Shown: positions 24,962-37,906 of the stretch, in pieces
Layout: each line of letters starts with the position of its first letter
Position numbering within the stretch: position 1 is the stretch's first letter
Source of the DNA: Lingula anatina
Lineage: Eukaryota; Animalia; Brachiopoda
Direction: 5' to 3'
Assembly (NCBI GenBank): GCA_051362555.1
Contig: CM120643.1
Span: 868,001 to 932,000, forward strand
DNA length: 64,000 nucleotides
Made by a program: the position numbers and the translations under genes
Notes under the pieces: generated by a model
What the model was told of the DNA's origin: nothing
Seen by the model: the letters and a program-made list of their open reading frames with translations, nothing else
The model's database searches: none

Positions 24962-27900
24962 ATGGCTGCGCCCAGCTTCGGCTTTTGTGCGGTCTGCAAG
25001 AACGCTTTACGAAAAACGCCGTCACGTCGGTTATTTTCTTCGCTTTCACATCATACAAGACAGAGAGACTATGCAAAGACCCAACGTACAGGTTTGTAGT
25101 CGTAATTTCGACATTTTCTCTTTGTAACAATAGTTTTTAACGTTTCTCGGTGTCCCCATTTGCCTCCGCCATGGCATCCTTACGCAAGGAAATAGTAATT
25201 TGCTCCACTAATGACGTCAGCTCATTCTCAGCTGAAGTAACTGGTCTCACGGCCCATGATGCACATTTTACAGGGATTAGATATGTATTATCTCAGGCAT
25301 ATGAAGCAGGATTTAACTAACATTAATTGGCTTCATGGGAACAAGATTGGGGTGACAGATTAAAAAAAATCCTTATATATGTCCCCCAAAAAAAACCTGA
25401 CATGCTGTTTGAAAGCTGAAGTCCTTGTTCAAGCATATATTTCATATTGCTGCTCTTTCACCCTAAACTTAGAAACTTGTGTATATTTGAGTCTGAAATT
25501 TGTGAAAACCTGGGACACTGTGTGTGTGTGTGAGGGGGGGGGGGGGGGGGGGGGGTAAACAGGTGTGGAAGCCAAAAGTGTAATATGTAAGTGTTATTAA
25601 TTAGGATTCATTTATTATAATTGATAATGATAATTATATTATTTAAACTTGCTTTGTAGATCTTGAAAGGGAAGCAGGTCTTCCATTGTCCTCATCTTGT
25701 TTTGTTATAAACATGCTTGACCTTATCTTTCTTGTCATTTGGTCATCATCAGTCCTCATCAGTGTCTTCATGACCAATATTTCCCACAGGTCAGTCTACA
25801 AGATGTCTGCCGCAGATCCTCCCTGTGCGCCGTGATTCCAGTTCTGTGCCTGAGAAGGAAATCCGTGGCAACTCTAGATTGGTAGACCTTACCCCCCACA
25901 GGACTTTCAACTTTGACACGCACGCTTTGATAAAGCATCTGGAATCATCTGGTTTGTCTGTTAAGATATTTCTGATAATTCAAGAGCTATTCACTAAAAG
26001 ATATATTACACAATTTAGCTTCCAATGGGGATTTTTTAGCAAATTTATTCTAAAAAATTTGAAAGTTCTGGTTTTCTATTAAAAACCACCAGTTGTAAAT
26101 ATTGAATTTGCTTATTGCTATGTAATAGTTCTCAATAATTTTCAGTGGTAATATTGTCAAAGAAAGCTGTTAAATTGGACTCAGTGTTGCTGTTTCCAGA
26201 GAATACTAGTTTTAATTTGTACTTTTGTAATATTTGCTTCCCCACAGGTTTTACCAGTCAGCAAGCGGAGGGGCTGTCCTCTGCCTTTATTCAGATTCTC
26301 AATGCACAAATTGATCAGCAAACCAAGACTATGGTGTATAAAGGACAACTGGTGAGTTATTGGAAAGACTTGTTAATCTTCTTTCTTAACAGGTCTTTAA
26401 ATCAATGGCTTGTTATATTATGAATGAAGAGAGAAGGCAAGGAAAGATTATATATATAAACAGGCCCGTAGCCAGGGGGGTTCAGAAAGAATAACCCTTT
26501 TTGCTGGGAAAAGGTCCCTTTTTGGTAAAATTTTTCTAGGTACACAAAGGTTTCATGTGAAAAGGTCCACTTTTTCAGAAAAAGAAACCCCCTTTGAAAT
26601 TGCTGGCTATGGGCATGATAAAAAACTGTACTACTTTGATTTGTAAATCTTATATTCATTCTTAAGAAAAAAATGTAGGCAATTATATGGAGAATTATTT
26701 AACCAATCTTAAATTTTACTGATAATTCTTTAATATTTAATTCTTAAAGGTATGAAAACTTACCTCTAGCTTAGTGTGTGTTTTGGTTTCATTTTAGGAA
26801 ATAACCACACAACAAATCATGGCTGAAATTAGTTCTGTCAAGAAAGACATGGTGATTTTAGAGAAGAGTGAGTTCTCTACATTGAAAAATGAAAATGAGG
26901 TAAGTGTCAGAGGTCAGAGGTGAGGGTCAGAGGTAATAGAGGTCATAGGTCATTGTGAAAGGTGAGCTTAAACACTGAGTAAGGGTATTGAAATGACACT
27001 TTTTATAAGAAGTAGTACCAATTAAGGTCTCAGTTTGATATGAACTCTTGTCAAGGGTGGAGGGAGGCTGTCGTCTGGGTCTTCTGGAAGACGGTCCGCA
27101 TTTCTTTCAAGTTTACATTGACAGGCATCTAATTTGGCATCTAAAATGGAGGATGGATGAAGAAAGATACTTTGGAAGACAGTCAGAAAATATCTCTAGA
27201 TCGGCCCCTGTTCTATGAACTTGGCTTTATTGATTTGGTGTGGTTTATTTCAGAAAAAGACGCTGGAGTTAAACAGGCTGAAGGACAATATGTCAGATGG
27301 GTTTGCCAAGCTCCAGAGTGGAGTTAAACTGGACATTAACTTAGAGAGGAGCAGATCACAAGAAGCTGTGAGATTTTGACAATAATAATATAAAAATATA
27401 ATAATACTGACTATGATTATTAGCAGAATACCTATGTTAAGTCGATATTAATAATGAATATGATGACAGTCATGTTTAGCTGAACCATAAAAATGTATTA
27501 ACTTACCAATATAAAATTGAATGATTTAAGTCATTGGGCTAGTGTATAGTTTAAAATATTGGAGATAAATATGGTTAAGTAATTAAAAAAAGTAATTTCT
27601 TAAGAAAAAATATAAAACTGAATGTCAGCTGGTATATTACATCAAACAGGTCATCAGTTATCATTTGGTTGCTAGTGTCTCTTATGATGTGTTGGTGTTG
27701 TTTTGATATTTCACACTGTTGATCTTTGCTGCAGTGAATTCAAATTACAATCTCATATGTGACGAACACTCAAAGGACCAGCAATACATACAGTATGGTA
27801 ACAGTGTTTTGCATGTGTTTAGAGTTCAGAGACCTTAAAGTTCATTTTTCATGAACCAGGTTGATTTATATCTTTAGATATTTTAGTTACTTTTGTTGGT

Positions 27901-28597
27901 GATGTTTAAGATTAAATTATTAATTCATTTATTTAATTTAATTGCAGCATGCCACCAATGAAAAAACTTTGTCCAGACTAGAAAACAGGATAGATACAGA
28001 GGTTGCCAACCTCAAGACGCTCATAGAGTTATATAGAAGTGACTACTATAAGTATGTTTTAGGTAAGTGATTTTGCTCTTTTTAAAATACAATAAGTTGT
28101 TTATATTATCCCCTTAAGCCAATTATTCATTTAAATTTACATTATTAAACATGTTAAGCTAAGGCCGTGAAAAACAATCAAATATTTGTGGATTTTGTTT
28201 TTCAGGTAAAACACATTATCTTTGCTGTTTATTTCTTATCATGTTTACAAGTGACACAGTTTAAACTTAGATCATGCATTATGTATGAGTAAAGAGAATT
28301 TTTTGCTATTATTTAACAAGGGGCAAACCATGTTTCTAATTGAACTGTAAAAATTCATTCCTCACTATGGAAAGGAAATCATTTGCCTTGTATAGCACAG
28401 CCATTTTATTGAGAAAGGCAATTTTCCTGAAGACTTGTCTCTTGTTCACCTCTAAGGGAATCAAGTGCCTCTCACAACACATTTTCTTCATTTCCTCAGG
28501 TTTATGTATGACGTTGATAGTTGGCGTGGTGATAGCTTCTTTAAGGACAGTTTTTTCGGGGGCTCTAACCCCAAAGAGCAGTCAGACAGCAAATTGA
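24962..28597 (+). CDS. MCUR1: Mitochondrial calcium uniporter regulator 1 / CCDC90 family (DUF1640) protein; exons 24962-25091, 25790-25951, 26248-26351, 26798-26899, 27254-27367, 27948-28062, 28500-28597
   Basis: All introns are GT-AG and in phase. Arg/Ser-rich N-terminus ([29 protein letters not shown]), family motifs [52 protein letters not shown] and [14 protein letters not shown], and a C-terminal TM helix. Co-orthologous to vertebrate MCUR1/CCDC90B. Confidence 0.93.
26461..26617. mobile_element. MITE family E copy in MCUR1 intron 3
   Basis: CAGGCCCGTAGCCAG ... CTGGCTATGGGCATG; reverse complement of the 23193 copy. Confidence 0.8.
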
Positions 28598-29194
28598 AAA
28601 AGATGGATTTGATTCACTAGTGCTCCACCATGTGATGAAGTTCATTCACAAAGACATCCTCACCAGAACATGTTTATGAGGACACACACTAGGATGTGTT
28701 CACCCATGTGATACAGTCTTACCAGAGATACTTATTTTGGTGTACAACAGTACACTTTCACAACAACTTTCTCACTGGGACGTCACATGACATTCTCACC
28801 GGGATTTCACAGGCTATTTTAAAGCAATATTGTTTCAATATATTTTTTAATATAGCCTGACTCATACACTGATAATGTGTAGTAGTATGTAGGGATAAAC
28901 CTTGTTTTATGGATCTTAACCCATGTCATTTTACATTTTGTGTTTTTGTCAGACTTATAAAGTGTTCATATACCAATCTTATACTAGATATTTATTAATA
29001 TAGCATACACATAAAACTTAAAAGAAATCCATACTTTGCTGTTGTTGTTCAACGTTTTTGAGTGCCCTGAGATATTGCCCCTGGGGCCTGCTTCACAAAA
29101 ATAATCTCTGGTTGGTTTCAATTTTAGTCCAAACATCGAGGTCATGTAAATTCAAGCCAGCTTGCAGTAGTAGTGAGCTATAGGCCACAATTAC

Positions 29195-29582
29195 AACAGA
29201 TGATCTGTGGACTAATTGATCCGCAATTTAAATATTGCTGAACCACTTAAAAGCAAATCCACCTTATCCCCTGATGGTCTCCCTGCCTCCATCAAGCTGA
29301 GTTGTAGTCTGTGTGGAGGCAAGGAAGGCATAAGGCAGCTTTACTTGTAAGTGGGGTCAGCCATACTTAGTCTGCAAATCAGTTAGACCCCGTTCATAAT
29401 AGGGGAATAACTAGTCCAAGGGTCGAATATAGCCGACCCACTCGAATACTTCCCCACGGAATATCTATTTAGTATCTATTAGCATATTAGATGGCAAGCT
29501 TTGTAGTGGGTCGCCATATTTGACCCTGGGACTAGTTAGTCCCCTATTCTGAATGGAGCCTTAGTCCAAAGATCATCTGTTC
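29195..29582. mobile_element. Nested MITEs: 175-bp element (29386-29560, TTA duplication) inside a related family A element
   Basis: Inner: TTA|GACCCCGTTCATAATAGGGGAATAACTAGTCC ... GGACTAGTTAGTCCCCTATTCTGAATGGAGCC|TTA. Outer arms: ACAGATGATCTGTGGACTAA / TTAGTCCAAAGATCATCTGT. Confidence 0.8.
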
Positions 29583-30308
29583 TGTGTCAAAGTGGATTGG
29601 TCCAAGGTCAAAGATCAACTGTTATTCTTTAGTACTTGGTTAAAAGGGTCCCCAGGTATGTAAGAGGGTCATTTTGCTGTCCCTCTCATGATTTTTAATT
29701 CCCAGATTCTCTCCCCCCCCCCCCCCCCCCAATCTCCACCATTTCAGAACCCCTGGCTCCTTTTTACTGCTATTCAAACTATAAAAATTAGGTTGATATT
29801 CTCTGACACATTTTATTGTTAAATGTCATGGCAAAAAGTGGCGTCAGAAGTTGAGTATTTACATTTTGAAATAATGTAAAGTACCTTATACACTAGAGAA
29901 AGTAGTGTGGAATACATTGAATAATAACAAGAAATCTAAAATAACGTGCTTTAATAAGTGATCCGTATAAAAATTTAGTGCTTTTAACAAAGCTGCCACA
30001 TCCCATCACCTACCAGTTAAAGAAAGCACCAATACATAAAGATACTGCCGGCAGGTTAACTATCTTTAAATTAGTGCAAAACGCCAACAAAGATTTAAAG
30101 ATTAACCTGAAGAAAAATTAACAAAAATAAAGATATATCGATAAAAAGTATGTATGTGACATTTATAGGCAATTCACTTACAAAAAAAGAGAGATCGGTG
30201 AGCGACTGTGTTGTTCAGCGCATCTAACACAATCAGACATTATGTTGTGATTGTACTGCTAACCACGAGGTACAGCTAACACAATGAACAGATGCTTTAC
30301 CTATTAAC

Positions 30309-30480
30309 CCAGTGTGACAGGAATGACAGTCCGCTAGGAACCGCAATTCGTTCTCCATTACTTTGAATAGGTGACATTCGTTCTATATACTAACCTCAAT
30401 ACTCCGACTAACCCTAACCTGTACTTATCATGTAGGACTCCGGACTTCCATTCCTAGGACTACCATTCCTGTCTCACTGG
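30309..30480. mobile_element. MITE family D (CCAGTGTGACAGGAATG TIR) in the probable CRAL-TRIO 3' UTR
   Basis: CCAGTGTGACAGGAATGACAGTC ... GACTACCATTCCTGTCTCACTGG; copies at ~52110-52277 (inverted) and 54620-54762. Confidence 0.8.
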
Positions 30481-31056
30481 CCTCATAAAAGGAGTTACTG
30501 ACAAGCATATACCGTGAAAGAACTGTAGTAAAGTCAAGTCTTTGGGTACTGATTCATATTTGATAGATTCTTATCCTTATAAGCCTGTGTCAAGAGGCTA
30601 AAAACTAACGAGACCAATAAAGTGTCATTTCTCACTTGCTATAGAAAAAAAATCTGCTGTTATTTAATAACCAATATTTCTAGGCTTGTCACCGCCAAAA
30701 GGGCAAGGAGTAGCATTTGTGTATGAGTTCCAGAACAGGCAACGGCCTTTAACCCCAGGGTCATTTTATACCGGGCATTGACGAAAATTCTTCATCAAAA
30801 GACCAACTTGCAACAAGTTTGGTGCGCAAATCTGACAGATCTCTGATCTCTTACAGTCCATTGAACCGTTAACGTACAAAGGTTGTAAATAAGATTGTTT
30901 TCTTGCCTAAATAAAACGTGTACGGTTCATTCTTTGTTCTTTAGAATCACCTTTCTAGTGCATATCATACATTGCTTGCTACTGAAAAAGCCTGTTATGT
31001 AAGTTTTACTGTGTAAGTTACTGGAGCGTCCCTGGAGACGATGCTGGTCCCTGGTT

Positions 31057-33195
31057 CTAATCCAAGGCGAGCTTTCGGAATGAGCCAACAATCCCCCAGC
31101 CTCCCTCGCTGCCGTCTTTTTCTGGAGCGGGTCGTTTTTCTTCGTCCACAGCACAACGTGCATTACGTGAGATTTCTTCTTTATTTTTGAGTACGTGGAC
31201 TTTCCAATCCTCTGAAAAGTAATATATTATAAGATTGGCTGAGTTACAAGGTTTACATACGTGCAACAGTGAACTAAAGGCGTCCGTAATTTTTACTCAT
31301 ATATACGGAACAGAAAGTTGTCACACTAATATCACAACATGATTCCTGTGAAATTAAAAACTAATCAAGGTCTTCAAAATATTATGGAATTTACACTCCT
31401 TACTTTTGAACATCAAAATATACCTAAATTGTGTTTTATCTTAAAAGATTAAGAATTAATTCTTTATAGAAATAATTACGTATGATCTCTTGTAGCGTTC
31501 CTGCCGTACCGCCCATGTATGTGGGCAGCATGCGCTGAGGAACCTGTTTATGCAGCGATTCTTGGCTGCTCCAGTGGAAATGAAGCTGAAACATTAATTG
31601 TACACATCAACACACATTAGTCTGTAACTTATGCTGCGGTCAAAACTCGGAATAGACATGACCCATGCAGCTGTAATTAGTAATATATTAACTAGCCCAG
31701 ATACTGTACGCTGTAGCAGGGTTATCAAAGCGTTTTCTTAAAAGGAAAAAGGACACAACAAATTGAGGATTAAAAGAAGGCCACCTAAAAAGCGTTAACT
31801 TGACGTACCCGTTGCTTATATTTTTCTTTCATCACCAATTTGAACAGTTCGAAGACAACATTGAACAAAGTCGGCGTGTTGTAGTAATTGATTGCTTTGT
31901 TCCTGGTGGGGTAGCAATCCTGTAGAAGAATAATTGATATAACATTTTATAACACACTTTATGTGATAGCTTTGTTCCTGGTGGGGTAGCAATCCTGTAG
32001 AAGAATAATTGATATAACATTTTATAACACACTTTATGTCATAGCTTTGTTCCTGGTGGAGTAGCAATCCTGTAGAAGAATAATTGATATAACATTTTAT
32101 AACAAACTTTATGTGATAGCTTTGTTCCTGGTGGAGTAGCAATCCTGTAGAAGAATAATTGATATAACATTTTATAACACACTTTATGTGATAGCAATAT
32201 ATAGAAAATATAGTTCTTAGTAAATTTTAGTATTAAACGCATGAAAAAATCAATTAATCAAATTGGTAGAGAAGTGCTGCTTCCCGATACTGCTTTATAT
32301 ACTAACACGTGAGAAGATATAAAAATGCACACAACTAAAAATTCAAATAAACGGGTTATAAAGTTTACGAAAAATTTTAACACATTTGGCACATCTAACT
32401 TCTTCAATCTCACATCATATCTGCTTTTATTTATATATTTCGCACATTTCAAATGTGTCCTGAGCGATATTCGTTGAAAAAAGTTATTCAGACTCTACGT
32501 ATATCGCTCCAACTCTGCGAGAACTCTCGCTGAATGCAATCAGTGTAACAGATTAACACGCTTAGGCCTACTCCTGTTTCCAACTTACTCGTATAATCGC
32601 CAGCTTTTCTGTATTTTACTCAACGCCAGGAGGAGATGTGTTAGACCCCATTACCAGGGATTAGATCGATCCAACTCCCTTGGGGTTCACGCTAAATAGC
32701 TGTCAGCCCAGCGGACACGAAAGTTAATTACCCCCTTACAGCTTGTAGTAGGCGGGATGGACATTTAAGCCGGATTATCTGACAGTAATCTAGTTAGACT
32801 CCCCACGGGGATAGATCGATCTAAAATCTAAGGGAATGCGCCCTAAGTCTGTTAATCCAACTATATGCAGCGAGAGACGTAAACCAATAGTCTAATGGAA
32901 ATGAGCCCTTTGAAGAAGATCAACCTTACCTGCCAGCACATCATTGCCTTAGAGACGGTATCCGGACCCCAGCAGGTCACGTGACTCATACCGAACTCTG
33001 AGAAGTCCAATAAGATGACAAAACCGTGGATCTGGTTCAGCTCGTCCATCAGGAGGATGTCTGTGGTGATGAACCCCAGTCTCATCACGTCAGAGAAGTC
33101 GTGGACTTTTGGATCGAAAGCACCTAGAAAGATTTGTGTGAAATTAAATAGTAAAGCTGGACTGGGACACTCTTTCTCTCTCTCGATCCCTTCTC

Positions 33196-33251
<56 letters not shown>

Positions 33252-35453
33252 AATACATTCAACTCTCTTGTTCTGAGATATAGAAATAGAGATAAATTTT
33301 TACAAAAGTGTACGTCCCATTTTATAAAAAATAATATATATTTAAAAGACGTTAATAAAATATAAAGAGATAGCACAAAGAGAAAGAAATATACATGAAA
33401 CGATTCGAACAATGATATGGGACATATATACAGTCTTACCAGTTCTGTATAGCATAACCTTCCTATTTTGGTCGTCTCTCCCTGGCAGTGGGAGGCAGGT
33501 CCTAGACGAAATATTAAAAAAAACAACACTATTTTAAAAATGAAAAGTAAGTGTCTGAGGTGCACCAGTCGGTTTCCCTTCAGATAACTAAGTTAAATGA
33601 TTGGAATATAATCTTCTGAGAATTTGCTCTTGTCTCATTTAGACTGAAAAAATACCTTGGTTTTGGGCTATTATAGCATCAGTCATATCCGCGTGTACCC
33701 TGAGCGCTCACCGATTTTGTCAATATCTTAAAAATACCCATAATGGTAAGCAATGTCTGCAGGTCACGAGAAATCGTACCTACCCGATATCCAAGAGTTC
33801 CAATATTTTGGGGTCCTCGGGGTCCAAATCCTTGAACCACAGGGGGACGCCCTTCTCCTGTGACGACCTGACCGTACAAAACTTGTCCAACATCTGCTGG
33901 GCCCTTAACATGCTGAACTTACTGGTGCGGAGGAAACGCAGCAGGAACGCGTCGTCTGGAATAGTGGGAAGTTGAGACACAACTCAACGTAACTTAGAGG
34001 GCATTCCCACAGATTTAGATCGATCTTACTAGATCGACCTAACTCCCTGGGGGTTCACGCTAATGTGCAGTCACCCGACCGCGCACGGAAGTTAATTACC
34101 CCCTTACAGCTTTTAGTAGTCGGACAGACATTTAAGCCAGCAAAGCTTACAGTAATCTAGTGAGACTCCCCATGGGGATAGATCGATCTAAAATCTCTAG
34201 GAATGCGCCCTTTGATGGCAGAGTCATAGGTCGCATTCAGAACATATGATCCGCGGACTTTCTGATCCTCGGACCAAGTATGGTCGACCCCCACTTAAAA
34301 ACTAGTCGCCTAATACGCTGATGGCCTCCCCGCCTCCAGTCGGCGTATGAATCGGCATTGTTTTAAATTGGATCGGCCATATTTGATCCGCGGATCAGTT
34401 AGTCAGTGGATCAACTTGTTCTGGATGCGGTGATACTGAGGACCCCGAGTACACATTTAGGCATGTTGATTGGAAACAGCAAGCGGGATACATAGAGAAG
34501 ATTTGGATAAAAGATTTTTGTAGACTCTTAAACACGACAGTTTATTTATTTCAGACGTACGCATTTTTCATCGCGCCGCTTTTTTGGCGCTATTTCGTGA
34601 CGCGGATGTACCAAAAAATCCATGACGTTTCAAATCACACCTAAATCCTGACAGTATGTGTTCTACTGACGAGGTGAGAGTTGATGGTTCGGAGGGGTAA
34701 AATAAGACTATTCACATAATATTAATATATTATAGAATATTAGGCCTGCTGCAAATTAGCAGCAAATTTGCTACAAAGTGCAATTCCTTCTTGCCAATTT
34801 TCCGCAAATTTGCTGCAAATTAGCAGCAATAAAGAAATTCTTGCAAGCTCCTGTTAACCCGTTACTGCAAACTTTCCATTTTGCTAAGGGATCGCTTTCT
34901 TAATCGTCCCGTTTCACTGGAAAGTCAGACAGCTAGGCCAAACCCTTTAAAATGTCATACCTCCAAACGCCGCTTTCGTGATGATAATAATAAACAATGA
35001 CCATCATCATGAAGACCAGATAGGAATCTTTACCAGGGTCTAATAGGTCCATTTTTGATAGGTCTAATACATGTCGGTCAATCTGTACCTAATAAATATC
35101 ATTGTTCTTTTGGCTAATTTATGGTTTTCATGATCCTTATCTTCAATATCTTCGGCAGAGGTCAGGAAGTTCAGAAAGAAGGGGAGATGATGTTACCTTT
35201 CTTGTCTTTTTAAGAATATGAAAGCGGCTGGAGCTAAACTGTATTTGAGAAAGGTCACCTCTCTCTGCGCGGTCCCTTGCCCCGCCCACTAAATGTTACC
35301 TGTTCGTGAAGTTATGTGTGGCTGTTTCTTGACCCAGGTCCTCAGAGAGTCGATCTGGGAGGCTCTCTGTTTGCTGTCTTCGTTCAGTTCTTTGGCGGCT
35401 TTCTTGAGGGAGTCGTCATCCAGTGACCATTGATAGGTGCCTTCGCCCGCCAT
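31057..35453 (-). CDS. CRAL-TRIO (Sec14-like) lipid-binding protein, clavesin/alpha-tocopherol transfer protein-like, 317 aa; coding exons 35300-35453, 33784-33955, 33440-33501, 32930-33123, 31809-31919, 31480-31585, 31057-31211
   Basis: In-phase GT-AG splicing gives KAAKELNED...LRTWVKKQPH, DDAFLLRFLRTSKF, LPLPGRD, QIHGFVILLDF, QDCYPTRNKAINYYNTP, MLPTYMGG and the typical C-terminal GSFRKLALD*. An acceptor at 35476 implies an upstream non-coding exon. Confidence 0.93.
31894..32194. repeat. 75-bp tandem repeat x4 spanning the intron 4/exon 5 acceptor of the CRAL-TRIO gene
   Basis: GCAATCCTGTAGAAGAATAATTGATATAAC recurs at 31914, 31989, 32064 and 32139. Confidence 0.95.
32644..32843. mobile_element. 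MITE family B copy in a CRAL-TRIO intron
   Basis: Highly similar to 33997-34210; ends TAGATCGATCTAAAATCTAAGGGAATGCGCCC|TAA. Confidence 0.8.
33997..34210. mobile_element. MITE family B copy (Harbinger-like termini)
   Basis: GAGGGCATTCCCACAGATTTAGATCGATCT ... AGATCGATCTAAAATCTCTAGGAATGCGCCC. Confidence 0.8.
34229..34432. mobile_element. MITE family A copy directly beside a family B copy
   Basis: GCATTCAGAACA..TGATCCGCGGACT ... AGTCAGTGGATCAACTTGTTCTGGATGC inverted arms. Confidence 0.75.
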
Positions 35454-36760
35454 GGTGGAACAAAGCTGGTGATTTCTGCAACAAGAAATGAAGACGTTTC
35501 ATCCCGTGTGACAAGTTCAGAAAGATAAAAAAAAAACATACATCATCTACCAGGGCTGCAGATTAATTATGTGATTTTTTCTCCAAGGCGACACAGCAGA
35601 AATTTGTGTTGTGAATTTTACCAGAGACATATCTGTGAATATCTGGTAGAGGGTACAAACATGGCTGGAGAGGGAAAGGGAGAGAGAGAGAGGTAGATGA
35701 AGAAAGAGGGTAACGAATTAACCCATGGCAGATTCGTGTAAAACGGGTCTATGAGTGGAAAAAAGAATAATGGGTGGTACACGCGTGCGCGCGCGAGGTC
35801 TATGTGGACGTGAAGATAAAGACCGTGAATTATACCCGGCAGATATTATAACTACCTTGATACATTATCAAAACTTATAGGCTGTTGTTATCGTGGCGTT
35901 CATTAAGCCGCTCCGCCATACATGTTCTATACACTGATCGCAGGGCCTGCTAGTAGACTGTGACAATTAATTTTATAAACTGTTTTAGATTTCTGACATC
36001 GGAGGGTACATGTGCTATGGGCAATCTGCACCAGAGACCAACTGCGCAATGGCGCCATTTCTTTAACTCGGTGTCAAAAAATTATAATAATACCGAAATA
36101 TGCACAGATTTAGTCAAGGATATATCTGTGAATATTTAGTGAAAAGTCTTTCTGTGGTCCTGTTAGAAAGTACATGTATTCAATGGGTACAACATAATGA
36201 TAATAATAATAATAAAAATGACATAATGACAAAATGATGTTAGCACCTTGCAAAAAAAATTCTTGTCAAAATAATGAAAGTGACGATCTCAAAGTGATGT
36301 AAACACCTCGCAAAAATGTTTTCCTGTCAAAATGATACTTTCATCTTTTTTTTTGTACAAACGGCGTTCCATAGACATACAATAATGAAACAATTCAGTT
36401 TCTTCAGTAGCACTTTATTTGGTGAAGAAAGGATATAATGTGCCACACGTCATACACTAGACATTACCATTAACTAAATACATAAGACTGTTAATACTGA
36501 TTGTGATGTAGATTAATCCAAGTCTTTTTCAGAAAATTCAAACGTCACTAAAAGTTTGTAGAAGTCCTAAGTATCACCCATAACAATTTAAAAATAAAAA
36601 AGTCAGTTGCTTGTCTTTAAAAACTGCAGCAGTGTTATTTCATTGTAATATTTTGGATGACACGCGTGGAGGCCCGGAACGCGTCAACGCCGCTCTACGT
36701 TAGGCTACCGCTAGATACGTGTAGTCTCCAGGCGTGACGTTCAACTGTCAGACGTCCGGT

Positions 36761-37519
36761 TTAATATTTCTTGCCGTAGCCGTAGTGGCTTGGACATTGG
36801 GCGGGTTTGTCCACTACCAGGCGTCCGCCACAGCAGTCCTGGTACCTGCGGTCATAGACGGCTACTCCACCACAACAGTCCTCGAAATGTGTGTTGTACA
36901 CGTGACCTCTGCAGCTGTTAATTGAAATATGATTGTATTATTGTATCAATTAAAACACTGAGTAGAAGAGAATTAGTGCGTTTTTTTCTTTTATTTAATT
37001 ATTTATTTTGTCTGACTAAAGGGTGTTTACACAAGAAAACATTTTTCATTTCTGAAATCACCGTGAAAAGTTGAATATTGTTCGTTTTGCACTTTTGAAG
37101 AATGTGTAGTGTCAACAATCCTGGCAGCTTTTTGAATATCTGATATACTCAATTTTGTGCTCAAAGAGAAAGAATTTTAAACGATGAAAAGAACGTTTTC
37201 AAGTAATCTGAGCAGTAATACCCAGAATTGATTTGTTGTGATAAAATTGCTTTTGAAATTTTGATCTCAAATTCTTAAATAATATTTAAGTAAAAAAAAG
37301 AAAGAATGAAAGAAAGAAAGAAAATAATAGAAAAAGAAAAGGTATCCCGTCCACATACCCAGAGAAGTAGTTTCTGGGGTATCCTCTGTTGTACGTGATC
37401 TCAGGGGCCTTGGCGTATCCCGCTGTCTTATAACCGTAGTTATAGGCGTAGTTATCACGGTAAACGTTAAAAGCGGCCACAGCCGCCACGAGGAGAGCGA
37501 GGACCACCAACTTCATCAT
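36761..37519 (-). CDS. Small secreted Tyr/Gly-rich protein with galaxin-like di-cysteine module, paralog A (104 aa); exons 37359-37519 and 36761-36914
   Basis: MMKLVVLALLVAAVAA (signal-peptide-like) FNVYRDNYAYNYGYKTAGYAKAPEITYNRGYPRNYFSG|CRGHVYNTHFEDCCGGVAVYDRRYQDCCGGRLVVDKPAQCPSHYGYGKKY*. Phase-2 GT-AG intron; upstream TATA; AATAAA at 36414-36419 (minus). Confidence 0.88.
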
Positions 37520-37599
37520 CTTGGCGTACAAATAGGACGCACAACGTTCTACAATATATTTCGGCGTAAAAGTGCGGCGAACTTGCTTCCGCTTGCTGT

Positions 37600-37606
37600 A
37601 TTTATA
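37600..37606 (-). promoter_or_regulatory. TATA box of paralog A
   Basis: TATAAAT on the minus strand ~85 bp upstream of the ATG, matching the arrangement in paralog B. Confidence 0.65.
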
Positions 37607-37906
37607 ACGCACTCTCCGTGTTGATTGTAATTTAAACAGCGTACCTAACGGTTGTCTTAGGAATTCACTTTGACATTCCCATTACCGCTAGAAGACCCAT
37701 TATCTCCGTAACAACCAACGAACATTGTTCAGAAATATGAATTAATGTCTCTCTGCCTATGAATGGGGGTTGTTTTCTGTGATGAGTTTCTTTCGTGGTA
37801 GGTGGAAATGTTATTATTTAATGGGTATCGTATTAAGCTGGGAGAACCATAAAGATTTTTATATTTTTCTTGTTTTGGGGAACAATTCTTTTCTTTGTCT
37901 TCTTAA

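Noticed and set aside
25171-25320. 49-codon ORF with strong Kozak context (ccgccATGG) in MCUR1 intron 1
   Set aside because: No donor in phase with exon 2 and no recognisable homology.
30405-30420. Telomere-like CTAACCCTAACC
   Set aside because: Only about two units and internal to MITE family D, so not an interstitial telomere.
32861-33565. 234-aa ORF as a stand-alone gene
   Set aside because: Only 32930-33123 is in-frame CRAL-TRIO exon; the rest is intron read-through including a (GA)n microsatellite.
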